NCBI GenBank assembly: GCA_963827685.1
Contig: CAWHBU010000002.1
Coordinates: 448,001 to 512,000 of the forward strand
Length of the DNA stretch: 64,000 nucleotides
Source: an uncultured delta proteobacterium
GTDB taxonomy: Bacteria; Desulfobacterota; BSN033; UBA1163
Reading direction: 5' to 3'
Shown here: positions 50,360 through 60,113 of the stretch, in pieces
How positions within the stretch are numbered: position 1 is the stretch's first letter
How the letters are laid out: each line of letters begins with the position of its first letter
Notes under the pieces: generated by a model
Databases searched by the model: none
What the model was told of the DNA's origin: nothing
What the model saw: only the letters and a program-made list of their open reading frames with translations
Made by a program: the position numbers and the translations under genes

Positions 50360-51703
50360 TCACATATCACCCCTGACGGTTTTTCGGGCTTCTCTCACCC
50401 AGATTCCTATCATTGCTTTTCGGGTAGGGGCCCTTCCTTTGAAAGCTTCTCCGATCTGCTCAAAAAGTTTTTCAGGATCTTCCTTTGCGAGAGCCGAAAC
50501 CGAATCAATGCCCACTCCTTCCAATAACCGAAGGTTTTCAATCCCCAATCCTTTTAGTTGAACCAATTGAGCTTTTTCCACCCATTGGATAAGCAAATCC
50601 CTTGGGACGAGGAGACGAAGTGCCAGTTCATCCCTTTCTCTTTTCTCGCTGGTTTTTAAGAGAAGCTCATCAAGGGTCGTGATCCCTACTTTCGGGAGTT
50701 CCCTTCGATATTGAGGTTCGATCCAGTAGGCATCTTCGAGCCGAGGGTAATAAGAATCAACGGTCTTAGAGTCGATTTCCCCGAAGATGAGAACAGAGAA
50801 ACTTCCAATCAGAATGGCTGTTAAGATCATAGTAAGAGGTCTTGTCCTTCTCTCCCGATTTAGGCGGTAAGTGGATTCCTCCCATCCCCTTCCTGACCGA
50901 AACAGAGAGATGGAGTTATACATCACATAAGCTTGAACAGCGAAGGGAGGGAATCCTAAAAAGCCCAAAAAGGGCATTTCAAACCCTTTGCCCCGATCGA
51001 AAAAGGGGACCATGTAGATCCATTTGGAACGGGCCCAGAAATTCCAGAACTCCCAGAGAAAGCCGCATATCAGTCCTGCTATGAGTAAAAGAAAAATCTT
51101 TTTAGGGCTGCCTTCTTCCACATCTCTCAGAAGAGATTTCCCTCCGAACCTGTAATTGAACGGTTCGAGAAGAAAGCTGAATCCCATCCAGATGAGGGGG
51201 AAAAAGTATTCAGGGATAAGGAGTGCGGAAGCCAGGCATAGGGCTCCGAGCAGGATGAGAACGGAATGTCCACCCTTTGAGATGGCAGTTTTTTTAATCC
51301 GCGAATTTTTCAGAGGTCCTAATGTCTCCAGCAACTCGGTTGTCTCGAACATCCCGGGGAGAACTGTCCCGTAAGCAATAGCATACCCCAACCATCTCTC
51401 CACTGGGGAGTGGGGGAGGTTGATATAATACCAGTTTTTTAGGGAGAGATTTGCCGCTTCAAAGATCAACCAGATGAAGAGCGACCAGGGAATCATCAAA
51501 AAGAATTCTTTGGTTCGACTGAGGATCAGAGAGTTTCCTTTTAAACGATAGATAACTGCATCAATGGTGAGGATATAAGACCACCAAGCAAAGGAATAAA
51601 ACCAACTGTAGAATGGATCGACCTTTTTGAAGAGGAAGATTTCAGAGAGAATGAGAAGAATGATTCCAAAAATCCCATGAATGGGAAAAGTCTTTTTCAT
51701 CAA
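50360..51703 (-). CDS. Membrane protein with C-terminal DUF4332-like HhH domain
   Basis: Multi-TM, WEFWNFW..KW.Y, FEMP.LG.LGF; C-terminal LKGLG...LLEGVGI. Confidence 0.75.
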   Translation of the reverse strand: MMKKTFPIHGIFGIILLILSEIFLFKKVDPFYSWFYSFAWWSYILTIDAVIYRLKGNSLILSRTKEFFLMIPWSLFIWLIFEAANLSLKNWYYINLPHSPVERWLGYAIAYGTVLPGMFETTELLETLGPLKNSRIKKTAISKGGHSVLILLGALCLASALLIPEYFFPLIWMGFSFLLEPFNYRFGGKSLLRDVEEGSPKKIFLLLIAGLICGFLWEFWNFWARSKWIYMVPFFDRGKGFEMPFLGFLGFPPFAVQAYVMYNSISLFRSGRGWEESTYRLNRERRTRPLTMILTAILIGSFSVLIFGEIDSKTVDSYYPRLEDAYWIEPQYRRELPKVGITTLDELLLKTSEKRERDELALRLLVPRDLLIQWVEKAQLVQLKGLGIENLRLLEGVGIDSVSALAKEDPEKLFEQIGEAFKGRAPTRKAMIGIWVREARKTVRGDM

Positions 51704-51784
51704 AGCCTAATTTAGCACATTCATGGTCTTCAAACAATTGGCAAAAATTCGTTGGTGTTCCATTTCTTTTCGGCACAAGAGTTA

Positions 51785-51890
51785 GTGAAGCCCCCCGGCC
51801 ATCCCGTTAGGACGGGACAGGCACGCCGGGGCTTCCCGGGCACGCAGTGGCGAGAGGGATACGAGCATAGGAAATATCGTTTTAATTGTG
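51785..51890 (+). mobile_element. MITE/IS200-IS605-end-like element, copy 1
   Basis: Near-identical in reverse complement to 54619-54703. Confidence 0.65.
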
Positions 51891-51925
51891 TCCATAGAAT
51901 TCCTCTCTTTCACGAGGAATTTTCC

Positions 51926-52426
51926 TTAATCAAGCAACACAAAACCATAACGGTTTTGAATATCCCCTTTCGCCTTAAGAACTTCACATGGTAGTCCTAA
52001 ATTCCGTGCTGTCTTATATACATCAATACCAAAGATCGAATCGCAAGGTCTTACTTTATCCGGGGTAGGGCAAGGATTTCCTTGTTTAACGGAACAAGTC
52101 TCGCACAAATTACATGTACGGATGGCAAAAGCGAAGTAGTAACCATTCAGGAAAGCGGTTCTTTCAATCTCAAGAACTGCCTTACTCAATTCCCTGGGAT
52201 CGTGCGAGTGAAGTATTAGAATGTAATTATATCTCTTAACCATTTCAACTCTTTCTTGATAAGTCGTCCCTCTATGGTCGCATCTTATATTTCCGGGACG
52301 GAAATCTTCACATCCCCATCGACATTTCAGAATCGCCCGAATATCGAAGGAGATTTGCTTTGGTGAAATAATTGCTGCGTCAACCATATGGAGTTCTTTT
52401 GCCAATTGAATGTATTTTTCCATCAT
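51926..52426 (-). CDS. DUF2284-family metal-binding protein
   Basis: LKC.WGC, CNLCETC...CP, RP...GIDVY.TA. Confidence 0.85.
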   Translation of the reverse strand: MMEKYIQLAKELHMVDAAIISPKQISFDIRAILKCRWGCEDFRPGNIRCDHRGTTYQERVEMVKRYNYILILHSHDPRELSKAVLEIERTAFLNGYYFAFAIRTCNLCETCSVKQGNPCPTPDKVRPCDSIFGIDVYKTARNLGLPCEVLKAKGDIQNRYGFVLLD

Positions 52427-52726
52427 TTTTTCCTTCTTATGCTTTTATATGCTTAAGTTATGGACAAACATTCCAAAAATTGAAATAATTTTATTGCCAA
52501 AGCAGACTGAAGTCAATTGAATATATCAGGGGACGGGAATTCCGTAAATCGACGAGATGTCGTTCGTCAAACCGTCGAAACAGGGAATGGGGAGGGCCAA
52601 ATGGGTAGGTGACGGCTGTATTTGAAATTCCCATAGATGCCGCCTATAATAATAAATTAGGCATTGGCAACGATCTTTTGCCTGAAATGAATATTTTAAA
52701 CTTGAATGGGTCATCTTTTTTATGGG

Positions 52727-52855
52727 TGGCCGGAACGTGCCCCGCATGCCCCGTCTTGTAGGCGGGGTCCCTGCCTACCGGCAGGCAGGAAGGGGCACAA
52801 TATAAAATGAAATTACCCTGCCGGGAAGCCCCGTCCTGTGGGCGAGGAGCTTCAC
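52727..52855 (-). mobile_element. MITE/IS200-IS605-end-like element, copy 2
   Basis: Shares GTGCCCCGC, AAGGGGCACAAT and GGGAAGCCCCG...GGAGCTTCA with 54571-54703. Confidence 0.6.
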
Positions 52856-52889
52856 TCCACCGGATTATATTCAAAAACAGGAGGAAGGA

Positions 52890-54467
52890 ATGACTCACGG
52901 GGAAACCAAGGAATTTTTTAATGCGGCTGATTATTTCGTAGATCGAAATATACGTCAGGGATATGGTCACAAAGTTGCGGTCTATACCGAGCATCGGAAC
53001 TATACCTATAATGACATTCAAAAGATGGTCAACAAAACGGCTAACGCGATGCGCGACTTAGGCGTCCGCATCGAAGACCGGGTCATGATTCTCATGCTGG
53101 ATGTGCCCCAATTCTATGCCATCTTTTGGGGATCCATTAAAATGGGTGCAGTACCTGTTCCCGTGAATACCATGCTGACTCCTGAGGATTATGAGTATTA
53201 CCTCAATGACAGCCGAGCGCGGGTGCTTGCCGTGTCCACAGAACTCCTCCCCGTGATCAACCAGATCAAGGGTGACCTTCATTATCTCCGTGATCTCATT
53301 GTAATCTCGGAAGTGGAAGGGGGACTTATACCATTCCGACAGAAATACAAGCGCGCTTTATCAACGGTCAAAATAGCCTCCACGACGCGCGATGACGTGG
53401 GTTTCTGGCTCTACAGCTCAGGATCTACCGGTTCACCCAAGGGGGCTATCCATTCACAATATGACATGGTCGTTGTTTCCCAGGCCTATGGGCAGAAAGT
53501 GCTGGGACTCAAGGAGGATGACATCTGTTTCTCAGCGGGACGACTATTTTTCGCTTATGGTCTTGGAAACGGGATGTATTTACCGATGTCAGTGGGAGCC
53601 TCTGCCGTGCTTTGTCCCCGTCGCCCCACTCCAGAGGTCATGTTCAGGTATCTCAAACGCTTTCGACCAACAATATTCTTTGGAATTCCTACGCTTTACG
53701 GTCAGATGCTCGAGTACAAAGCACATATGGATCGAGAACAGGGAATAAAACCACGACCCGATTCAGACCACGAACTTTCATCGGTCCGAATCTGTGTGTC
53801 AGGCGGGGAGGCATTGCCTCCGGACATCTATTACCGTTGGAAACAACGGTTTGGAGTAGACATCCTGGACGGGATCGGCTCAACCGAAATGCTTCATATA
53901 TTCCTTTCCAACCAATTGGGGGCCATCAAACCAGAATCCACCGGGAAACCTGTGCCAGGATATGAGCTAAGAATTGTGGATGACGAAGGGAAAGAATTGC
54001 CTCGGGGAGAAATCGGTACGCTGATGGTCAAGGGAGACAGCGCCGCCCAATTCTATTGGCGCAAGCGGGAGAAAACGCGACAGACCATGCAAGGAGAGTG
54101 GATCAATACGGGCGACAAGTACTACGTGGACAAGGAAGGTTACTACTGGTGCGCTGGAAGAGCTGACGACATGTTGAAGGTAGGGGGGATATGGGTTTCA
54201 CCCGTAGAAGTAGAAAACTGTCTGGGTACCCACCCAGCGGTCCTCGAGACCGCCGTGGTGGGTTCCAAAGACGATCAAGGGCTGATCAAACCCAAGGCAT
54301 TCGTCGTGCTCCGTGAGGGGTTCAACCCTTCAGATGATTTATCAGAAGAACTCAAGAAATGGGTTCAGGACAGAATGGCCAAGTATAAGTATCCACGCTG
54401 GATAGAATTTGCTAAAGAGCTGCCGAAGAGTACCACAGGCAAGATCCTACGTTTTAAACTTCGTTAG
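52890..54467 (+). CDS. Benzoate-CoA ligase family protein
   Basis: WLYSSGSTGSPKG, LFFAYGLGN, DGIGSTEMLHIFLS, TGDKY, KVGGIWVSP. Confidence 0.92.
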   Translation: MTHGETKEFFNAADYFVDRNIRQGYGHKVAVYTEHRNYTYNDIQKMVNKTANAMRDLGVRIEDRVMILMLDVPQFYAIFWGSIKMGAVPVPVNTMLTPEDYEYYLNDSRARVLAVSTELLPVINQIKGDLHYLRDLIVISEVEGGLIPFRQKYKRALSTVKIASTTRDDVGFWLYSSGSTGSPKGAIHSQYDMVVVSQAYGQKVLGLKEDDICFSAGRLFFAYGLGNGMYLPMSVGASAVLCPRRPTPEVMFRYLKRFRPTIFFGIPTLYGQMLEYKAHMDREQGIKPRPDSDHELSSVRICVSGGEALPPDIYYRWKQRFGVDILDGIGSTEMLHIFLSNQLGAIKPESTGKPVPGYELRIVDDEGKELPRGEIGTLMVKGDSAAQFYWRKREKTRQTMQGEWINTGDKYYVDKEGYYWCAGRADDMLKVGGIWVSPVEVENCLGTHPAVLETAVVGSKDDQGLIKPKAFVVLREGFNPSDDLSEELKKWVQDRMAKYKYPRWIEFAKELPKSTTGKILRFKLR

Positions 54468-54570
54468 AATATAAGCCTCTCTTACCGAGGGCATCCCTAT
54501 TGTAGGTGGGTGGTTAGGGAGGCTGGAATTGGAAAGTTTCCGGGTGAATATTATGTTACCTTAGACTTTC

Positions 54571-54703
54571 TGACCGGCAAGTGCCCCGCCAAAGCGGATA
54601 GGCGGGGGAGGCAAGGGGCACAATTAAGACCATATTTCCTTTGCTCGCTCTCCGCTCGCCACTACGTGCCCGGGAAGCCCCGGCCTGTGGCCGGGGAGCT
54701 TCA
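54571..54703 (-). mobile_element. MITE/IS200-IS605-end-like element, copy 3
   Basis: GAAGCCCCGGCCTGTGGCCGGGGAGCTTCA hairpin; overlaps the 3' end of the PHP gene. Confidence 0.65.
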
Positions 54704-55436
54704 ATTGAGGATATTGCTTCGGTCGGCGTTTACCTATTTTTGCCCGAAGCTTCATTCTAAGGAATCTATTTGCAATCGATCCCATTTCTAAGGGCTTCAG
54801 TGGACGGGTGACAACCTCAACTCTATTCCCACGGATAGCGGCAAAAATAGATTCAAGATTTCTCTCTGCATAGATCAATGAATAGGTGGTTCCCAGCTGA
54901 CAGAGGAAATGAGCATCTGAGTTTCCGATCAACGGAAATCCGAAGGATTGACATACTTCTAAAGCCCTCTGGTTAAAGTTGATCATCGAGGAATAGAAAT
55001 GACAATATTCGAGTGCATCGAAAAGATTCAGGTGCTTCAAAAGGTATCCATTTAATGAATAGGTTCCCGGGAAATAGGGGTGGGGAGCCACGATCAAGGT
55101 TTCCGGGCGACGCAGTTTTGAAAGGGAGAGAAAATCTGAACATGTTTTATGCGGGGGAGGGTTCAAAACGAGGACATGACGTCTCTGAATCGTCATCTCT
55201 ATGCCGGGGATAAGGAGGACACCCCTTTTCTGTGCGTAGGATAAAAGGTCCTGATCGAAGGTCATCTGGTGATGATTGGTGATGGAAATCACGTCATAAC
55301 TTTCATCAGCAGCTTTCGAGATAAGTTCTTTAGCCGTATATCGTACGCGGTCAAGAGGATCTTCAGCGGTGTGAAGGTGTAGATCAGCCTTAAGGGGTTT
55401 CAGCCTTTTCATTCTAACGATAGATTCTTTCACCAT
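54624..55436 (-). CDS. PHP-domain phosphoesterase
   Basis: DLHLHT, ITNH, GIE, H, APHPY, NSDAH. Confidence 0.9.
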   Translation of the reverse strand: MVKESIVRMKRLKPLKADLHLHTAEDPLDRVRYTAKELISKAADESYDVISITNHHQMTFDQDLLSYAQKRGVLLIPGIEMTIQRRHVLVLNPPPHKTCSDFLSLSKLRRPETLIVAPHPYFPGTYSLNGYLLKHLNLFDALEYCHFYSSMINFNQRALEVCQSFGFPLIGNSDAHFLCQLGTTYSLIYAERNLESIFAAIRGNRVEVVTRPLKPLEMGSIANRFLRMKLRAKIGKRRPKQYPQLKLPGHRPGLPGHVVASGERAKEIWS

Positions 55437-55946
55437 CTCTTAATCCCAACACGAATATTTCAATACATGGAGCCCTACGGGTAAGCCCATAAGCATGTTT
55501 GGCGAGCAGGTCGGAAAGTTTTTCTTCTCGCATTCATCCATGGATAAGGTTTAGGTCTACAGCGTAGGCAGATATATATCTTATAAGACTTCACAGGCAT
55601 GATGTCAAATTTCAGAAGGATGATTGAGGATATTGGGCTCATGGAATTAGTTACAACTTTTCCAAACATATTCTTTTACATTTTAGGACAAAATTTGTCA
55701 TGCCTGGTACAGAATGTATTACGGAATCTTCATTTTGGAAAATTTTTTTTATTGTTCAAAACTTGGAAAAGCTTGTAATATTAGTCTATTAAGAGATTCT
55801 GGCTGCCTTCTCAATACACCTTCAAATTTGGCACCAAATATGCGAATAACAACAAAAGCTAAATATCGGGTGCAAGCACGAAGACGCTTGCCTAAGGGCT
55901 TTGAACAAACACTTAATCGATATAACTCGGTTATAACGTTGAAAAA

Positions 55947-56309
55947 ATGACGATTCCTGGTTTAGATCTCATTTCAAATCTTCGGAAATCCCGTCCCAAA
56001 CAAGTACCCGAACGCCCCCATTTGTTTATGGCTGGTCTCAATCAGAAGGTCTTTCTTAATCAGTGGGGTGAACCAGAAACGCAGGTGACTCTTGAGCAAC
56101 TTGGAAAATTGAATAAACTGGGAACAATGTTCCTAATTACCGATCCTACCGAAGCAGCCAACCTCTCCGTCTGGATTTATGAAAAGAAGAATAGCGTTCT
56201 CCTTTTTACAAAAGAAAAACTGGTCTCTCATTTCAGTTGTAAGAAATTCAGACAGAGTTTGGAAGAAAGAGGGGATACCAATCTTTCATCGGTCTCCAGA
56301 ATCTTGTAA
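55947..56309 (+). CDS. Hypothetical protein
   Basis: 120-aa ORF with WGEP and WIY motifs; start uncertain. Confidence 0.5.
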   Translation: MTIPGLDLISNLRKSRPKQVPERPHLFMAGLNQKVFLNQWGEPETQVTLEQLGKLNKLGTMFLITDPTEAANLSVWIYEKKNSVLLFTKEKLVSHFSCKKFRQSLEERGDTNLSSVSRIL

Positions 56310-56412
56310 TATGGTTCAAGACTTACGTTTGAAATAATTCAAGATCCCTTCTTCACTCCTTCTTTGCCTTCCTATTTCTTTGGATACCCCACTGATTACA
56401 CGAGAAGAGAGT

Positions 56413-59190
56413 TCATGAAGATGCCAATCCGCCGTATTTCTCCGCGCGCCATCGAAAAGCCTCCTCTCCTCCTTGCATGGTGGTCTTTATGAGGTCCCGT
56501 ATCAGACGGTCGTCGATAGATGCCCGGCCGATGATATGGGCGTGATCATCTCGTACCTCCAAAGGCATGACGAGTTCGGCATCGCCGATCACGGGAATGG
56601 TGGCGTCATTTGTCGTCAAAATGACCTGGTGTTGGGGACTTTGGTCTTTTAACCCTTTTTGCTCCCTCAGCATCTGAAGAACCTCTTCGCGCAGGGATCG
56701 GTTGTCGAGGTAATCATCCGGTTGATCGATGACAAGAATCCGGTTTTCCAGTCCAAACAAGAAAAGCAGAACGGCTATAGCACCCTGACCCACCGACAGA
56801 TGGTCGAGGGACCGATATTGACCATCAATCCTCAGTTCCAATCGAAGGGAATCTTGAGGAATAAGTGTTTCCAACGCAAGGAGTCGTGATTCCTCAGCGG
56901 TTAGCCAATTGATCAAGGAATCTGCCATCTCAGGCTTGAGGCCGAAACGCATTTGGACTTCCTTGCTTCCTGCACGTACCGCTTCGGCGAGCGCGATGCC
57001 ATCTGTCGCTTCGGGAACGATGAGCCGATCGATCGCATCCTGAGATATGTTAGATCCCTTTAAGAGTAATGAGAGCTGGTCTTTGTAACTTCCTTTTTGA
57101 CCCTTCAGCTCCACTTTGAGATGGAGTCGGCCATTGAGAGATTCCGCAATGGCATCCGCTCTTTCCGTGCGCAATCTGTTCTGAGTGTCTCTGCAATCTC
57201 TGATTTGCTGAAGAAGTCCCTGCCGTTTCTGTCTGAGAGTCTTCAGGCGATCTTCGATCCCGTTAAGTTCTCCGATAAGGGATGCCAAGGAAGTTCTTTC
57301 TTCTTTTAATCTTGAGAGTGGGTCTTGACCTGCTGGTTTCTTTTGTGCGTCCTGTTTCATTCGCTTGCTTTCTTCCTCCAGATGACGAAGCTTCTCTTGG
57401 CAACGCATATCCAGGCGCGTTAGACTCTGTACCGCCTGCTCAAAAAGAGTTGTCTCGTCATCGAGGACTACCTTCAGGCTTTCCTGAAGGACAGCGGAGA
57501 CTTTTACACCCTCTTGCACGATAGCTGTTTCCCTGCTTTGGGCGTCAAGTAGGTTCCGGTGAGCCGTTTCCAGAGAAGCCAGTAGATTAAGACGCCTTTT
57601 ATCAGAATCCGCCAACCCACTCCTGAAGGTATGTATCGCACTCTGTAAGCATTCCCCTACACTGCGAAGATCAGTCACCTCTTTTGGCTTTTCTGTAGCT
57701 TGACTTTTGTGGTTTTCAATCTCCTGATCGATTTTCTTGAGCCGTTGACAATATTCTTCTCGTTTCGTCAGCTTTGCCTGCAGATCCAGTATTGCCGCTG
57801 CGTTGGTGTTGAGTGATTCCGTAGCCTTGCCAACAGCGTCTGCGTCTTTGCGAGCCTCTTCGCCAATCAGCTCATCCAGGAGCGCAAGTCGATGCGCCTC
57901 ACTTGCAGAAACGGTGGTGATCTCTCGTTGGCCAAAAAATGTGAGTCCACCGCCAGGACTGAGAAGCTCAGAGGGGCTCACTGAAAGGGATTTTTCAGGG
58001 CTGACTTGAAATGTACGGGGTTCTTCGCCCCACACTCGGGAGATGCGATACTGACGAATTTTTCCCTCCCGAACGGGCCTGTCCAGGATGACCTCCACCT
58101 TGCCACCAGCACCTAAAGCATGACGAACAAGCCCCTCGCGGGAGGATTGATCCGAGGAGGGCGTGATGGCAAAGGCATACCGGAGACTTTCGAGGATGGC
58201 GGATTTGCCCACACCCTTCCCCCCGATCATTACGTTGAGGTCTTGGTTCCAAGAAATGCTCAGATTTCCCAGGAAGCCCGATCCTGAGATGACCATGCTT
58301 CGGATTCTCGGATGAATCGCCGAAGGAATCCCACCAATGGACAGACGGGTCTGCGGATCATGGAGTGCCATTCGCAGGGCGTCTAAATTCGTTGCGCTGA
58401 GTTTTAGGTAGGTTGCCCGGAGGAGTCCATCGGTTCGATATTGCGTTCCGATCTCTTCGATTCGTTTCGAGTTGGAGAATTCGACAAAAGCCATTTGATC
58501 CCAAAAGTTTTCCGACAGAACGCCGGTAGACTGGACCTTCTTTTTTTCTTTTTCCGGGCAATATTCGATAGCATCAGGTTTTATCTCCAGGAGGAGTTTG
58601 GCGGCCTCCTCGGCCGTGAGACCCCTGCAGAAACCATTGGCCTGATCGGGGTGCGGAAGGACCAACAAACAGTTGAACCGGCTTCGCAAGTCCTTCAGGG
58701 CATCTGCCAAGTTGGTTTTCAACTCAATATCCCGATGAGAGCCATGGTTGTCAAACAAAGGGGCGCCTGGGTTTTTATCAAGGGATCGAAGAAAGGTGTT
58801 CAAATCCTTCAGGTCGGTATCTCCGGAGAAGATGGCCAATATATGAAGGCCATATTTGCCCTGTTTGAACGTCATCTCAATCCCGGGCAAGAGCGTCACA
58901 CCACGGTTCGTGGCCTTTGCAGCAGTTATCTCAAACCATTCTATGTTTACTCCATTGTAGTCTGTGATGGCGGCGACGGAAATCCCTTGAGATGCAAGTT
59001 GTTCGACGTAGGCGTCAATAAGGCCTTTCCCGTCTTCACGCTTCGCCCCCTTCGGGGGCACAAAAGCCGGCACATTAGGACTATGTAGATGAAGGTCGAG
59101 CCGGTGCCAAGTAGCTCCCCTATTAGAGTTTTGCAATGGTTCGGTCGGCCTTCCTTCTAAGGGCAGGCGGCCGTGTTTCAATGAGTTCAT
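56413..59190 (-). CDS. PHP + SMC/ABC-type ATPase (TrlF/Ppl-like architecture), degenerate motifs
   Basis: DLHLHSP; Walker A GGKGVGKS; coiled coil; LSVGQ; IDQPDD. Confidence 0.85.
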   Translation of the reverse strand: MNSLKHGRLPLEGRPTEPLQNSNRGATWHRLDLHLHSPNVPAFVPPKGAKREDGKGLIDAYVEQLASQGISVAAITDYNGVNIEWFEITAAKATNRGVTLLPGIEMTFKQGKYGLHILAIFSGDTDLKDLNTFLRSLDKNPGAPLFDNHGSHRDIELKTNLADALKDLRSRFNCLLVLPHPDQANGFCRGLTAEEAAKLLLEIKPDAIEYCPEKEKKKVQSTGVLSENFWDQMAFVEFSNSKRIEEIGTQYRTDGLLRATYLKLSATNLDALRMALHDPQTRLSIGGIPSAIHPRIRSMVISGSGFLGNLSISWNQDLNVMIGGKGVGKSAILESLRYAFAITPSSDQSSREGLVRHALGAGGKVEVILDRPVREGKIRQYRISRVWGEEPRTFQVSPEKSLSVSPSELLSPGGGLTFFGQREITTVSASEAHRLALLDELIGEEARKDADAVGKATESLNTNAAAILDLQAKLTKREEYCQRLKKIDQEIENHKSQATEKPKEVTDLRSVGECLQSAIHTFRSGLADSDKRRLNLLASLETAHRNLLDAQSRETAIVQEGVKVSAVLQESLKVVLDDETTLFEQAVQSLTRLDMRCQEKLRHLEEESKRMKQDAQKKPAGQDPLSRLKEERTSLASLIGELNGIEDRLKTLRQKRQGLLQQIRDCRDTQNRLRTERADAIAESLNGRLHLKVELKGQKGSYKDQLSLLLKGSNISQDAIDRLIVPEATDGIALAEAVRAGSKEVQMRFGLKPEMADSLINWLTAEESRLLALETLIPQDSLRLELRIDGQYRSLDHLSVGQGAIAVLLFLFGLENRILVIDQPDDYLDNRSLREEVLQMLREQKGLKDQSPQHQVILTTNDATIPVIGDAELVMPLEVRDDHAHIIGRASIDDRLIRDLIKTTMQGGEEAFRWRAEKYGGLASS

Positions 59191-59266
59191 GTCCCATTTT
59201 ACCTTTCTAAGACATCTTCTTCATCCGCATGTTGCCAAGGCCTCTGTGCGTTTCCTGAACGCCCGT

Positions 59267-60025
59267 TCAATTCTTTTGTAAAGCCACTCTAATGTGTCCT
59301 AATAGATCGATGTAATTAAATGGCTTCAAGCAATAACTGCTAAATCCTCCGAGCTTTTTTTGAAACTCCTCCAAATCCCCTTTAGTGACAGATATGATCA
59401 TGGGTGTCTCGCTTGAGCCAAATTCCAGTTTCAGTTGATAGAAGCCGTCATAGTTGTTCGCCTTGACGAGCGACCCATCGAGAAAAATGATATCCGGCTT
59501 TTCCTTCTTGACCTCTTCTGATCCTTCTTTGATGCTTGATACGATACTCACTTCGTAGCCCATTTCAACTATTTTCACGAATTCGGCAATCTCTGGTTCT
59601 TTCCCGATGACCAGTATTCGCTTTTGCAATCCTCTGGGCTGTTGCGAATGCTCGGATGATTCTAAAACCTTTTTGACCGTCCCCAGCAACATCTCTGGCT
59701 TATAAGGCTTCTTGACAAAGTATTGCGCCCCTAAATTATATGCCCTTGCCACGTCTTCCGGTCTATCTTTAGCGGTAAGAAAGATCACCGGTACAGACCG
59801 GGTCTTGGGCGACATCTTCAACCTCGTATAGACGGAATAACCTCCGCCAGCAGGCATGACGATATCCAATATGATCAGATCAGGCTTCTCCGAATAAGCA
59901 TAGGTCAAGCCTTGCTGTCCATCCAGGGCAGCAATCACCTCGTATCCGCTTGCCTCCAGACGAGCCTTTACCATGGTCACGATATTTGGCATATCGTCGA
60001 TTACCAGGATTTTTTTCTTAGCCAT
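59267..60025 (-). CDS. Response regulator with two receiver domains (second atypical)
   Basis: ILVIDD...LDIVMP...LTA...KP; the second repeat lacks the acidic pair. Confidence 0.88.
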   Translation of the reverse strand: MAKKKILVIDDMPNIVTMVKARLEASGYEVIAALDGQQGLTYAYSEKPDLIILDIVMPAGGGYSVYTRLKMSPKTRSVPVIFLTAKDRPEDVARAYNLGAQYFVKKPYKPEMLLGTVKKVLESSEHSQQPRGLQKRILVIGKEPEIAEFVKIVEMGYEVSIVSSIKEGSEEVKKEKPDIIFLDGSLVKANNYDGFYQLKLEFGSSETPMIISVTKGDLEEFQKKLGGFSSYCLKPFNYIDLLGHIRVALQKN

Positions 60026-60113
60026 CTTTTATGCCGTGATTTACCCCGGTTAGAAATAATGCCCCGATGCTCTCCAGCGGGGTAACATTGCCCACTGGAA
60101 TTTCTAACGGGGT

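Noticed and set aside
52525-52620. Possible c-di-GMP-I riboswitch (CAAACCGTCGAAA)
   Set aside because: Lacks the GGGACGCAAAGC junction and the second stem.
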